From positions 62,001 through 126,000 of the IMG/VR virus record IMGVR_UViG_3300027844_001828: a DNA stretch of 64,000 nt; one strand, given 5' to 3'. Position 1 is the stretch's first letter. Each line of letters opens with the position of its first letter. Of this stretch, positions 33,601-43,229 are shown one piece after another. A program made the position numbers and the translations under genes. The notes beneath the pieces were generated by a model that searched no databases, was not told the origin of the DNA, and saw nothing but the letters and a program-made list of their open reading frames with translations.

Positions 33601-35112
33601 TTCAATCCAGTTAATATCAGATGGAAGGTTAGATATATATTTCAACTTGCTCCATTCAATGATCAAGAATTGGATAAGGAACTTGCCGAATCCGTGGTTA
33701 AAGACTATGAGAGTGATCTAAAGAGATATTTGACAAGTTTTTTTCCAGATGATGGGGAGTGGATGGAGAAAGATGGTAAGTTGTATTACGCTGCAAATGG
33801 ACAGATTATTTCTAATCCATCGATCATGACAAAGATAATGGAGTATAACCATGCCGCTATCCGTCAGTTTACCAACTCAGGAGCATTCTCTGGTCAATCA
33901 TTGTTATATGAGGGAAACTTAGAAGCTGCATATGACAAACAATTTGACAACCAAGAAGACTTTATTTACATTGGTAATTTTTCAGATCTTAAAAACAATG
34001 ACGAGGTGATTCTTGCCAAAATGTATGTTGCCAAGTTTATTGAAGCGGTAACCAGTAGAAGGGTTAAATACGGAATAGATTTTGCCTTGTGGCAAGAGGG
34101 GAATGATAAGACATCGAGACTTTATTATAACAATAAAGACAGAAGTGGTGATGATATTAGTCAAACCATTGAGAACATGTATAGTGAGTATGAAGACAAG
34201 ACTCACGCCGTCATTAGTGCTTTGAGAGCCCATCCAGGGATGCGAGAGAGTTTACTTCGCGGAGAAGAGTACGACCTTATGGAACAAGAGATGGATAGAG
34301 GCCGAATTAGTTTGGCGGAAGAACTTGTTAGCAGTCAGATTAGCGAAAAAGAGACTTGGGCAAGAGAGTTAGTGAGCGAAGATGACTATCAATATATTGC
34401 AAAGGAACTTAGAGAGTGGGATTTGGTTGCAGAAGGCACCGATGTTCCTACGGATAATATTGCTGGTATGGGGGCGGATATAAAAAGACATTTATTTAAG
34501 AGGGTCATAAATAAATACTCTCTTGTTTCAGGGTATGATTTAGGATATTCTGAGGGCGTATTCAGGAATGACAATGACAATCATTACAAGGCGATCTCTG
34601 ATTTAATGGGTAAATTATTGTCTAATAGATTCACTCATAGGAAGTTTGACAGGTTGGCAGAAAGTAGAGGTTTGGAGGTCCCAAAATTTAGAGATTCTGA
34701 AAACATATATGAAAGCGCAATCGCAATGAATGAGAAAGACGCTTTGCCAATAAACAAGTTAATCGTAGAGGCAGGGTATAATATTGATGTCGGCAGGGGC
34801 GTTAATGACCAGGTCATAAAAGGCAGAGTTTCACATTTAATTAAGTACCTTCTTTATGATATTCTTGAGAGATCCCGATCTTCAATATTGCGGAGGTCCG
34901 AGGAGACTAATTATAAAAAAGTGATAAAAACAGTTTCGACCAGACTTATAAGCCAAGAGGTTATAGATAAATTAATTTCAACTAATGTCCATGATCCTAA
35001 AAAGTTTGTGGAATCTTTCCCAACAATAGAATCCACTTATGAGTCACTTGCGTATAAAAATCTTCGAATAGCGATTGCTCAAGAAGTGATGAAAATTGTT
35101 GGAAACAAATAA
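30628..35112 (+). CDS. Giant acidic repeat protein B (1494 aa), paralogue of A
   Basis: Shares VP.FR...IYE..I.MN.K.A...NK...EA.YN and KKF.E..PTIES...Y...RI..A with the upstream gene. TAG/GTG coupling. Confidence 0.65.
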   Translation: MRIIKTADWEGATETAMFPVLFRGQVGLSTDRARVLEQAQTLARSILHTVVPDGDSDEEHYIIEDTVLRYKAGGVITAGVLQRLRLMESEISNHIVQEDENQLEWVELPFRFLYNGELQDIYVNNSIRDSPSHITSISQAGESRVFPYLNDNATTIADFRFVNIVNRGERPQVRVRGSLDSDHHINNLMAIENQCILNFASYDINSNGGTIPYDGTWSRVDTVVLFKSWSEVAGIVSILEQRAGHLGERSRRERQNIIQIIQGYERSVLMSLHEDCPLGDIETGPDWLVHERALHYKLDGCFHESQGDRSVWDLLSSRDEWAVEALVARGFDVNTENPEDEFDESSIEWRRFEFDLLYDGDLFQQINNDEIEGDSSYSRINRDAIDGVMTDAQLEVDRYLRSTNSVEGRDFVYRDFPGDAHRNYPSYAVGSELDNRTDRKNIADIERSALMKVCHYSNSLNRRHPEMSPVSAAGYVLFKARSTLDTFFLGGVSDDELVKIKNSGEENVLDYLTENHPITNVFNPPWLVYDRYLFIDENIIPIDYFEEFLLDNDADTIQYLSDEGSSFQRNPDGIRVPEGYIRFPGLKFLFNSLSESGVMVRDANPPTRIPIGGEVAEIIELRTVQQQELVTWMDAVANSEIAYSFTNSADAVKFNNRLYVLENGALNNDEVLKRTILSWDRTAIQSVEHASETMPYDFIFPVNTEDHTVPEPQYPEDERAEANENLINMLSGYDLANRPLTFDISNTGIFYGTWTRFDGTELLFKSVDYLYDNCRINGIPLNQETLTLISRQLQDVEDQYVSSGNVIFVPQEVAPELLYTKNTTVSSEIFRSDNIFRNNLADDFPGFTFEDGDADPRTRVRNGADFHLLDLDLLFKPRSMRIQNFSLNGGLVPRDIMEDITEWCSGAEDLFISEVNAEYFIFDGRNGKIFAREDANQLETRLLRAEEGGRSTLSERYQGLLFTGGHNGAQGPSETPEGRDFEWLEAPLTFIFNPVNIRWKVRYIFQLAPFNDQELDKELAESVVKDYESDLKRYLTSFFPDDGEWMEKDGKLYYAANGQIISNPSIMTKIMEYNHAAIRQFTNSGAFSGQSLLYEGNLEAAYDKQFDNQEDFIYIGNFSDLKNNDEVILAKMYVAKFIEAVTSRRVKYGIDFALWQEGNDKTSRLYYNNKDRSGDDISQTIENMYSEYEDKTHAVISALRAHPGMRESLLRGEEYDLMEQEMDRGRISLAEELVSSQISEKETWARELVSEDDYQYIAKELREWDLVAEGTDVPTDNIAGMGADIKRHLFKRVINKYSLVSGYDLGYSEGVFRNDNDNHYKAISDLMGKLLSNRFTHRKFDRLAESRGLEVPKFRDSENIYESAIAMNEKDALPINKLIVEAGYNIDVGRGVNDQVIKGRVSHLIKYLLYDILERSRSSILRRSEETNYKKVIKTVSTRLISQEVIDKLISTNVHDPKKFVESFPTIESTYESLAYKNLRIAIAQEVMKIVGNK

Positions 35113-35124
35113 TCGGAGAGATCA

Positions 35125-35427
35125 ATGCCATTATATATGTTAGACAAAAAGACGTATGAAACTTTCCCCAATCTCAATGAAGATGACCCAAAAAATGAGA
35201 TCCCAGAAGAGCAAATAAGAAATATCGGGAATAACTTGGGAGAGTATTTCGGAGCATTCATGTTGTTTGGATTATCTCTACAAGGACAGCCAGTATTGGT
35301 AATGTCTGGATCATCCGGGATGGAACATTTGGCATTGAAGAAGTTCGCAGAAGACGTAGTCCTTGGCGAATCAAATGTTTCACTAATACCATTAGACGAA
35401 GAAGAAGAAGAAGAAGAGGAAGACTAA
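35125..35427 (+). CDS. Hypothetical protein with poly-Glu tail
   Basis: ORF with a GGAG RBS. Confidence 0.6.
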   Translation: MPLYMLDKKTYETFPNLNEDDPKNEIPEEQIRNIGNNLGEYFGAFMLFGLSLQGQPVLVMSGSSGMEHLALKKFAEDVVLGESNVSLIPLDEEEEEEEED

Positions 35428-35428
35428 A

Positions 35429-36724
35429 ATGAAAACATTTTTAATAGATACGAATGTCCTTTTGCACGATCCCAATTCAATAGAGTCGTTTCAGGAAAAC
35501 AATATTGTGATTATACTTTCAGTATTGGGTGAAATAGACGATTTCAAAAATTCTCCAGGTGAACTGGGGGCAAACGCAAGAGAGGTTGCGAGAAAACTTG
35601 ACAAGTTAAGTCAAAAGGGGAATATTTTCAAAGGCGTAAAACTCCCAAGCGGTGGTACAGTAAAAATTTATCCATACCACAAAGTTCCATTGACCATTAA
35701 TCATGAAGAGGACGTTGACCACAAGATACTATGCGAAGCAAAGCACTTGAGATCAAACGATGTTGATGCCAGGATTGTGACCCAGGATATTATCTTGAGA
35801 CTCAAGGCCAGTGGCCTTGAGATCCCCGTTGAAGATTATAAGAAGGGGAAGAAGGAAGTTGAAAAGAAAAAGAGTGGGCATGTCTTTGACGTGTCCAAAA
35901 AAGACATAGATGAATTCGCTGAAAATAATTCAATTGTGATAAAAGATCATGGGTTGTTACTCAATGAATATATCAATTTAATCGCCAATGAAGACGGTAA
36001 ACACAGCATGCTTGGAAGAGTGGCGAAAGGGGACAGGATTAATAGAATCAGAGACACTTCTTCTGATTCTATTGTAAACATTACCCCTAAGAATATGGAG
36101 CAAATTTTTTCATTGGATGCCCTGCTTGATAAAGATATCAAGTTGGTGACCTTGCAAGGAAGAGCGGGAACTGGTAAAACATTATTGACTGTCGCCGCTG
36201 CCATTCATCAGATGAAGACTCATAATGATTATCAACGCATCGTTGTGACGCGACCGGTTATTCCAGTTGGTAAGGGAATTGGATTCCTCCCAGGAGACAT
36301 TGACGAAAAAATGCAACCGTGGATGAGACCGATTTATGATGCGATAGATATGATTAAGGAAAATGATAGAAATAGTAAAAAGACTCAGATTCCAATTAAT
36401 TTTGATGATGATGGTAAAGATATTCAAATTGCCCCCTTGTCATATTTGAGAGGAAGATCTATTCCGCATAGTTTTATGATTGTCGATGAGAGCCAAAATT
36501 TGACTCCGTTAGAGGTCAAAACTTTAGTGACAAGATGTGGGGAGGGTACAAAGATGGTTTTCACAGGAGACGTGGACCAGATTGACAACCCCCTCTTGGA
36601 CGACCAGTCAAATGGGTTGACCCACTTGATTTCTAAGTTCAAGGGACATCCATTACATGCTCACGTGTCGTTAGTTAAGGGCGTCAGGAGCGTGTTAGCT
36701 GCTGCCGGGGCAGAAATATTGTAA
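35429..36724 (+). CDS. phoH: PIN-PhoH (PhoH2/YlaK-like) protein
   Basis: PIN motifs IDTNVLLHDP and DHKIL. ATPase motifs GRAGTGKT, GFLPG, RGRS, VDESQN, GDVDQID. Confidence 0.93.
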   Translation: MKTFLIDTNVLLHDPNSIESFQENNIVIILSVLGEIDDFKNSPGELGANAREVARKLDKLSQKGNIFKGVKLPSGGTVKIYPYHKVPLTINHEEDVDHKILCEAKHLRSNDVDARIVTQDIILRLKASGLEIPVEDYKKGKKEVEKKKSGHVFDVSKKDIDEFAENNSIVIKDHGLLLNEYINLIANEDGKHSMLGRVAKGDRINRIRDTSSDSIVNITPKNMEQIFSLDALLDKDIKLVTLQGRAGTGKTLLTVAAAIHQMKTHNDYQRIVVTRPVIPVGKGIGFLPGDIDEKMQPWMRPIYDAIDMIKENDRNSKKTQIPINFDDDGKDIQIAPLSYLRGRSIPHSFMIVDESQNLTPLEVKTLVTRCGEGTKMVFTGDVDQIDNPLLDDQSNGLTHLISKFKGHPLHAHVSLVKGVRSVLAAAGAEIL

Positions 36725-36814
36725 AGTAGCCTTGAAAAATAGGCATTGTGGGCTATGTTATTGGTGGTGAAAGGGAATAAATAACTAAAAACCACATTTA
36801 ACAAGGTCAGCAAA

Positions 36815-37855
36815 ATGTTAACGACAGTATTTTCAGCACTCTACGCCGATCCACTCTACCTTAGAGAGGGAAGCTATATCTATCCGTACTATGGGCAGAC
36901 CTGCTTGGCTACGTTTCGTGAACGCCCTGATGGCAAAGTCTCCATCACACAGGGTTTCGGCGGAGCGTATGGATTCCTCTACGATCCTGACACGGGCCGC
37001 GTCCACGTTGGTAACGAGAGGGGCGAGACCATCTTTCGTGTCAATGACAGTCAGACCAGAGTCTGTCATGGCATTGGTGGCTACGATGACCATTTGATGG
37101 TGAATTCCCCTGATGGTGCCGCTCTCGCATCTGCGGCCATTGCTTCAATGGGGGATGATCGTCTTATCACTCCTTCGACAGCGCCGAGATCGGCTCATGA
37201 ATTAATGGGCGATCATCATCCAGGATTGGCTGATTCAGTTGACTCAGGTAATCCTGATTACTTGGGATATAACTCCAGCGTCGATCCCATGAATCGTTAC
37301 AATGATCGCAGCAAGCGTCGTGAGTGGAGTGATGATCCTGCGGAGAATCTCCGCCAGGGACAGCGTCCGATCAGTGATCATTCTTGGGTAGGAAACGACA
37401 ACTTAGAGCCAGACTTTCAGCCCGTCTCCGAGACTGACTCCGAGACTGACATAGATGACCTCATCAGGTTATATGAAGTTAAAAAGGTCACTTATTATGG
37501 GGGGTGTGTGTGGAATGATCAGGGCTATATCCAAAACGATGAATACACAGAACAGCAATATATTGACGCTAAAAAAAGAAGCGACGATAAGCATATAAGA
37601 GAGAAAAATAAGCAACGAAATACTGTGGCAAAAATGAAAGCCAATGAGGTCCGGGAAACCAGTGGAAGATGTACAGAATCCATCTTTGCTATTGGTGGGC
37701 TTATCATTTCTCTTATTCTCTTTTTTGTTTGCGTGAGTTCCGTCGCGTATGTCGGGGCTTTGGCCTGTCTTGTATCATTACTTTTCTGTGTGTTCTGGAT
37801 CATATTCGTTTGGCCAGGGTGGCCTGTCATGTCTGCACATTTTAATGGAGGGTAA
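36815..37855 (+). CDS. Hypothetical protein with two C-terminal TM helices, possibly a deletion-fused chimera
   Basis: The 5' part is more GC-rich than the AT-rich TM-encoding 3' part. sigma70-like promoter at about 36732. Confidence 0.45.
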   Translation: MLTTVFSALYADPLYLREGSYIYPYYGQTCLATFRERPDGKVSITQGFGGAYGFLYDPDTGRVHVGNERGETIFRVNDSQTRVCHGIGGYDDHLMVNSPDGAALASAAIASMGDDRLITPSTAPRSAHELMGDHHPGLADSVDSGNPDYLGYNSSVDPMNRYNDRSKRREWSDDPAENLRQGQRPISDHSWVGNDNLEPDFQPVSETDSETDIDDLIRLYEVKKVTYYGGCVWNDQGYIQNDEYTEQQYIDAKKRSDDKHIREKNKQRNTVAKMKANEVRETSGRCTESIFAIGGLIISLILFFVCVSSVAYVGALACLVSLLFCVFWIIFVWPGWPVMSAHFNGG

Positions 37856-37856
37856 T

Positions 37857-38170
37857 GGATGCACATTTTAATTGAAGGAAAAGTCTATAGCAGTGAAGAT
37901 GTTCCAGTGATGATCTTGTTTAGCAAGAATGAATTGGAGCAATTTAAGAATGAGTCGTCTAATGCAGATATTCATTGTTCGTTCCCAAATTCATGGGGGC
38001 AACAGCGAGGAAATGATTGGATGAAGAAAAACACTGGTAAAATTTCAAAAAGAAGAGAAGAAGACGACGCAAAGAAGCCGTCTATGGCTGAAATAGGCGA
38101 TGAAAATTTGGTTAATTTCATAGAGGCCATGGACGATGACGATGTTGAAAACATTGAGGATATAATGTAA
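37857..38170 (+). CDS. Hypothetical protein
   Basis: 103-aa ORF (ATG 37859) in the operon. Confidence 0.55.
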
Positions 38171-38430
38171 TGACTGGTGAAGAAATATACGGAAACCTTT
38201 TGTCTGAAAACATTGCAAGAGATGGGTGCCCGATTATCAGATTCGAAGGAGATCAGCTTGATTTTCTCAGGAAAGTTAGAGTCGGAGAGTTCGAATATGA
38301 GTGGCTTCTCAGCTATGTTGAAGACAAGCTTGAAGAGGTAAAGAGTCTTTTTGAAACAAGCTCTTTGCCAGATGGAATTAACACTAAGAAAATCAGCAAA
38401 TTATATCACGATTTAGTGATAAATTTCTAA
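38170..38430 (+). pseudogene. Internally deleted nucleotidyltransferase-family remnant
   Basis: LRKVRVGEFEYEWLL...LFETSSLPD resembles the C-terminal helical part of phage/bacterial predicted nucleotidyltransferases. The GS/DxD core is absent. Confidence 0.5.
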
Positions 38431-38555
38431 TCTTTTTGTTTTTTCGATGTATAATAATATAATAACCCTTTTGGGAAAAGTAGTACCTTAGGGCTTGTAT
38501 TAAATTCGAGTTATGGTATATTGATTAGTAACGACAGATAAAGGAGAATTTCAGT

Positions 38556-39128
38556 ATGGAGCTATCATTTTTGAAAGGAACAGAATTTGTTTTTCTTGAC
38601 TTGGAGACGACAAGCGCTTCGGTCGCGAAAACACACATCAGAGAGTTCGGCATGGCCGAGTTCGTTGATGGTGTAAAGACAAGAGAGGGGTCAGCCTTAT
38701 TCTCTGGTGGCAAAAGCGAACCAATGGCCCTCAAGGTACATGGGATCGCTGAGGAATCAGTTATGGGTAAGCCTACCTTCGCCTCCAAAGCGAAAGACGT
38801 TGGTAATATTCTCAGCAACAAGATTATTGGCGGACACAATGTTATGAAGTTTGACCTTCCTATCATCGCCAGGATTTTAGCAGAGAAGGGCCATAGAATC
38901 TCAGGCTCTGGTGAAAAAGGCAGGATACGAATCGTTGATACTTTACTTTTAGCAAGAAAACATCTTCATGCACCAAGTAATAAGTTAGAAGATTTGTGTC
39001 CAATGTATGACATTGTTCATGGGGGCCATAGGGCTCATGGCGATGCGATTAGTAGTTGGAACTTGTTTCTCAAGATCATTGAAATAACCGGAAACACAAA
39101 CATTAACGATTATATCAAGGTTATATAA
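38556..39128 (+). CDS. DEDDh 3'-5' exonuclease (Pol III epsilon-like)
   Basis: LDLET, VHGI, GHNVMKFD, VDTL, HRAHGDA. Confidence 0.92.
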   Translation: MELSFLKGTEFVFLDLETTSASVAKTHIREFGMAEFVDGVKTREGSALFSGGKSEPMALKVHGIAEESVMGKPTFASKAKDVGNILSNKIIGGHNVMKFDLPIIARILAEKGHRISGSGEKGRIRIVDTLLLARKHLHAPSNKLEDLCPMYDIVHGGHRAHGDAISSWNLFLKIIEITGNTNINDYIKVI

Positions 39129-39157
39129 TTAACACAACAAAAAAAGGAGAAGTCATC

Positions 39158-39715
39158 ATGGCTAAAGTCAGAGAAAAGAAATCAACAACGTGCGTTCTAC
39201 AAAGAGATGAAAATGGATCTTGGACTGAAGTTCCAAACACTCATGCGCCAGGAGCGGCGGAAGCGCAAAAGGGAGCGGTCGATTTGGCCAGCGTAAATCC
39301 CGGTAACATCTATTGCGTTGCAAACTTGTGGCCCCCAGTTCAGGCACAGGAAATTAGAACCGTCAAGCTTATCAATCCAGATAGTGGCGAAGATGACAAT
39401 GGCGAAGAGGTGCCGACGTCAGAGCCAGTCGTTGCAACAGCGCCAACCCCGCCAGTATCGGCAACACCAGAGCCAACTCCGGCACCAGTGGCCGAAGCTC
39501 CACAGCCGACTGTGATACCAGCAGATGAGACAAAGACTGAAGCGGCTACGGAAGCGCCACAGCCAACTGTACTTGCCACCGACGAAAAGAATGGTGAAGA
39601 CGATGGTGGATTCGCCAATATATTCGAAGAAGGCAATGACGAAGACAATAAGGACGATGCTGATCTTGTCGCTGTCGTTGATGGTGAGGATGCGCCACCA
39701 TCATTGTTTGACTGA
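39158..39715 (+). CDS. Hypothetical protein with Pro/Ala/Thr-rich acidic tail
   Basis: AAGGAG RBS, duplicated EAPQPTV, and a GGGAGCCC/GGGCTCCC hairpin downstream. Confidence 0.7.
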   Translation: MAKVREKKSTTCVLQRDENGSWTEVPNTHAPGAAEAQKGAVDLASVNPGNIYCVANLWPPVQAQEIRTVKLINPDSGEDDNGEEVPTSEPVVATAPTPPVSATPEPTPAPVAEAPQPTVIPADETKTEAATEAPQPTVLATDEKNGEDDGGFANIFEEGNDEDNKDDADLVAVVDGEDAPPSLFD

Positions 39716-39784
39716 TAATTAGTGTATAATTGGATTGTTGGGAGCCCATTAAGGGCTCCCTCAATTCTTTTTACAGGGGTTATT

Positions 39785-40108
39785 ATGAAAGAGTCTTTAG
39801 ATATGTTAGATATAGGGGCTTTACCAAGATATCCAATGGGTGAAGAAGGCGCGATGGTATCTGGAAAGAAAGGACCAGCAAAAGTTTTAGGCCGGGAAGA
39901 GATGAATGCTATTTCAAAAAACGCAGGGCTACCGACTGGAGACACATCAATTCCTTTGGATGTTTTATGCCCTCTTCACGATTTAAGCATTGAAGTGTTA
40001 AGAAATATATGCGACACGGTTGCAGCAGCCAAGTCAGAGGGGCTTCAGGAAAGAACAATAATCATAAGGGATCATACAATTGGGTTTTTCGCGACTAATG
40101 CACCATGA
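39785..40108 (+). CDS. Hypothetical protein
   Basis: Likely start MKESLD. ATGA overlap with the next gene. Confidence 0.5.
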   Translation: MKESLDMLDIGALPRYPMGEEGAMVSGKKGPAKVLGREEMNAISKNAGLPTGDTSIPLDVLCPLHDLSIEVLRNICDTVAAAKSEGLQERTIIIRDHTIGFFATNAP

Positions 40109-40746
40109 TAACAGTTGATAGGTTATATTTTGGAGATGACTACGAAAAGATTGAGAGAATCAATTTTTTACAAGTTGTGAAATACATCAAACTTGCAAAG
40201 GATCTTTCTGACCCTTTGCTGTTTGTTAGTTCGTCAAAAGTTTTTGATAGAAGTGTTGATCAGTTGTATGATGAAGATACCAAGCCGAACCCAACAGACA
40301 TTTGTGGGAAATTCATTTCTGAATCTGAGAAGAGAGTTTTAGACTATGAACATGGATATGTTTATAGAATTCAAGATTCTATTTCCGATCACATTGAAGA
40401 CTTCAAGGCATTGGCGAGGGAACAAGATCCGTCATTCTCTTCAAAAGAATCGATGTGCCCAATAGATTTCGACTTGTCAATACCGAATGCCGATGCCAAC
40501 TCCTGGTTAATCGGTCAACATAAGATTACTCACATTTGCTCACCATATCAATTTGATATGACAGCTATGTGGGCGGTCCTTGGAGACGGTGGTACTTGCA
40601 GGCTTGATGAAGAGCCGTTTTCTTTTAGAGGCCATGTCGGCCATTTGTTTTCAAAGTATTATAGCAATGATAGAGATAAGTACGAGGATTTTGCTGAATG
40701 GAATAAGAAGAAGGCTATTAAGAAGTTATCTTCATTAAAGGACTGA
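40105..40746 (+). CDS. Hypothetical protein
   Basis: 213-aa coupled ORF. Confidence 0.6.
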   Translation: MITVDRLYFGDDYEKIERINFLQVVKYIKLAKDLSDPLLFVSSSKVFDRSVDQLYDEDTKPNPTDICGKFISESEKRVLDYEHGYVYRIQDSISDHIEDFKALAREQDPSFSSKESMCPIDFDLSIPNADANSWLIGQHKITHICSPYQFDMTAMWAVLGDGGTCRLDEEPFSFRGHVGHLFSKYYSNDRDKYEDFAEWNKKKAIKKLSSLKD

Positions 40747-40747
40747 G

Positions 40748-40990
40748 ATGAAACCATCAGAAAAACCAGCGTACTCACCGGATCACGAATCTGTCGATAA
40801 GAGAATTGATGAGGGGCGTGAGGAAATGAAAAACCTGAAAGATAAGGTAGCACCTACAACCGGGTATTTAGATACTCAATTGTTCCCAGGAAAACCTAAG
40901 ATAGCCCCATATGAAGAACCATATTCATTCCCAGACGACCAGCCAGGAACTAAAACTACAGAAGAGTCTGTACAAGAGGAGGTTGATTGA
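40748..40990 (+). CDS. Small acidic hypothetical protein
   Basis: 80-aa ORF. AGG-N19-GAA at 40685-40709. Confidence 0.5.
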   Translation: MKPSEKPAYSPDHESVDKRIDEGREEMKNLKDKVAPTTGYLDTQLFPGKPKIAPYEEPYSFPDDQPGTKTTEESVQEEVD

Positions 40991-41450
40991 CCCTCTTGTG
41001 AAAGAGGCAAAAAATCTTCAGTTATATGATCCATGGCAGATAAGATTAGTCAAGCAGATCAATAAAGAGCTTGAAAATCTTGAAAACGCAGATATTTGTA
41101 CCGTTTGTCATGGTATTGGCGCGGTTTTCCACAAAATAGTTGAAAATTACCCGGAAAGCTTCTCAAAAATAGACCCAAGAGCTTTTTCAAGCGGAATTTG
41201 CGTCGATTGTTCGGGATTTGGTATCATTTTCCAAACTGAGACTACAAATAGTTGTATTTATCCATCAGGGGACGTTCAAATTGGGATACATGACGAAGTT
41301 ATCTGTCCTCAATGCGGACTTAACCTAATTTGGTTCTTAAACGAAGACGACGAAAACGGAGACCTTTTTTACTCTGCCAAATGTCACGGAAAAAGATATT
41401 ATCTGAGACCAAGTTGTTATAATTTGACTCAGCAACGGGAAGCCACGTGA
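40987..41450 (+). CDS. Zn-finger protein (CxxCxGxG x2, CPQC)
   Basis: CTVCHGIG, CVDCSGFG, CPQCG. Probable TTG start after GGAGG. Confidence 0.6.
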
Positions 41451-41504
41451 CAGGAGGAAGACGGTTACATTTAGAATTAAAGTGTAACCAAAACCCTTCT
41501 GTTA

Positions 41505-43175
41505 ATGAAAGCTACAACAAAACAATACAATTCAAAAGGCGCATACCTAGAAGATTCTTCCTCGATTGACATTGGGGCAGTAGTTTCGGCGGCTTCCGAT
41601 AAGGGGCCATTTATATTTTCTCTGGATGTGAAAGATGCTTCTTATGCGTCTTCAATATCCCTTGAAATAGTCTCATCACATAATGTAGACACTACCGAAG
41701 GATTCTTTCAGTATTATATCAGTAGGGATGTGATCACTTCCTTTGAAGACATCGTTAAAAAAGAGGGAAATCTAAATTCCCCCTTCAGCGTTGACAATGT
41801 AACAGACACAACTTCCGAATACATCTATATATGGATCGATCCATCAAAGATTAGTCTTTTAGGTCCCTCGTTCTTTTCGTTAAATTGGGACTTTGATTAT
41901 ATCGATGCCTCATCAAGCTCTTCTTCATCATCAAGTACAATCCACGCCCCGTTCAAAACACTTAAGAAGAATGTTTTGGCAAAATGCAAGGCTATTGATT
42001 GTGCATACATAAATTTCAAACTGGACCTCGAAGTTGGTGAGTACGCTACTCTGTACATAAATGGAGTTGCGTTTTCTATTGAAAACAATGGTGGAACAAT
42101 TGGGATAAATGATACATGGTTCTATAATGATGATTATTCCAATGATATAGTTGTTGGTGCTGAGACATATACCTTCACCCAGATAGAACAAGCGAGTTTG
42201 TTTTTCAGAGCCCACAGACAGGGTGACTGTACCGCAGAAGATAACCTGAATCTACTAAACAATGCAGATCTAGAACTCGTTGACGGAGACTTCTTATTAC
42301 TTTTTAGCGGTGAAGATGAGGTCAATGATTTAATCGATCTACTTGATGGTGACGAATTAAACCTGGAAGGTGGCGACAACTTGGCCATGTTTGGAAGTAG
42401 CTCGTCAAGTTGTTCATCCAGTAGTTCTTCATCCTGTAGTAGCGTTTCCTGTAGTAGCTCTTCAAGTTGCAGTAGTTCAAGCTGCTCATGCAGTAGCTCA
42501 TCCTGTAGTTCGTCATCCTGTAGTTCGTCAAGTTGTAGTTCAAGCTGTAGTTCTTCAAGCTGTAGTTCTTCAAGTTGTAGTTGCTCAAGCAGTTCGTGTA
42601 GCTCTTTAAGCTGTAGTTTAAGCTGTAGTTCATCCTCAAGTTCATGTAGCAGTTCATGTAGCAGTTCATGCAGTAGCTGGGTAAGTATCTCAAGTTCATG
42701 TAGATCATCGTCCTCATCTGGATATAATTGTGACGGATGCGATGAGAGCCCATTTGAATTGAGTGGAGAATTCGGTGGATGGTACCCATCTAACGCCAGC
42801 AAGGATTGGGAGACAGTGTGTAGCGGATGTGGCGGAACAGTTTATACGTTCCAGTGGGCAGACACTCAAGGCACCGGACCATTGGTTAACTGGTACGTTT
42901 GTGGATCGTCCATAACCTGGGAAGCATATTATTACCAGACCGCCGAAGATTGCTATACTCAGAGTGAGATTCCATGGGTCTCTGGATCGGTCGCAACATT
43001 GAATCGATACTTAGTTTCCAACGATGAACTTTGTGGTCCAGTACAAATTTATGCTCCGACAGTGAGTTCTTCGGTGTTTAATTGCTCAAGTTCAAGTAGT
43101 AGTTCTTCATCATCCTCAAGTTGTTCAAGCTGGTTTAGCAGTTCAAGTTGCTCATGCAGTTCAAGTAGTTCATAA
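41505..43175 (+). CDS. Ser/Cys low-complexity repeat protein, putative virion/fibre component
   Basis: Three poly-Ser tracts, the longest about 110 aa of SSSSC-type repeats. SigH-like promoter at 41452-41477. Confidence 0.75.
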   Translation: MKATTKQYNSKGAYLEDSSSIDIGAVVSAASDKGPFIFSLDVKDASYASSISLEIVSSHNVDTTEGFFQYYISRDVITSFEDIVKKEGNLNSPFSVDNVTDTTSEYIYIWIDPSKISLLGPSFFSLNWDFDYIDASSSSSSSSSTIHAPFKTLKKNVLAKCKAIDCAYINFKLDLEVGEYATLYINGVAFSIENNGGTIGINDTWFYNDDYSNDIVVGAETYTFTQIEQASLFFRAHRQGDCTAEDNLNLLNNADLELVDGDFLLLFSGEDEVNDLIDLLDGDELNLEGGDNLAMFGSSSSSCSSSSSSSCSSVSCSSSSSCSSSSCSCSSSSCSSSSCSSSSCSSSCSSSSCSSSSCSCSSSSCSSLSCSLSCSSSSSSCSSSCSSSCSSWVSISSSCRSSSSSGYNCDGCDESPFELSGEFGGWYPSNASKDWETVCSGCGGTVYTFQWADTQGTGPLVNWYVCGSSITWEAYYYQTAEDCYTQSEIPWVSGSVATLNRYLVSNDELCGPVQIYAPTVSSSVFNCSSSSSSSSSSSSCSSWFSSSSCSCSSSSS

Positions 43176-43229
43176 AAGGAGATTCTATGACTAAAAAAGA
43201 ATTAAACATGGAAATCCAGGTGATAAAAA

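Noticed and set aside
42395-42720. CRISPR array or DGR-like repeats
   Set aside because: The repeats are degenerate Ser/Cys codons within an ORF. There is no repeat-spacer periodicity, cas gene or reverse transcriptase in the window.
42134-42802. Minus-strand Leu/Glu/Gln repeat ORFs
   Set aside because: These are shadow frames of the Ser/Cys repeat, with no RBS or promoter support.
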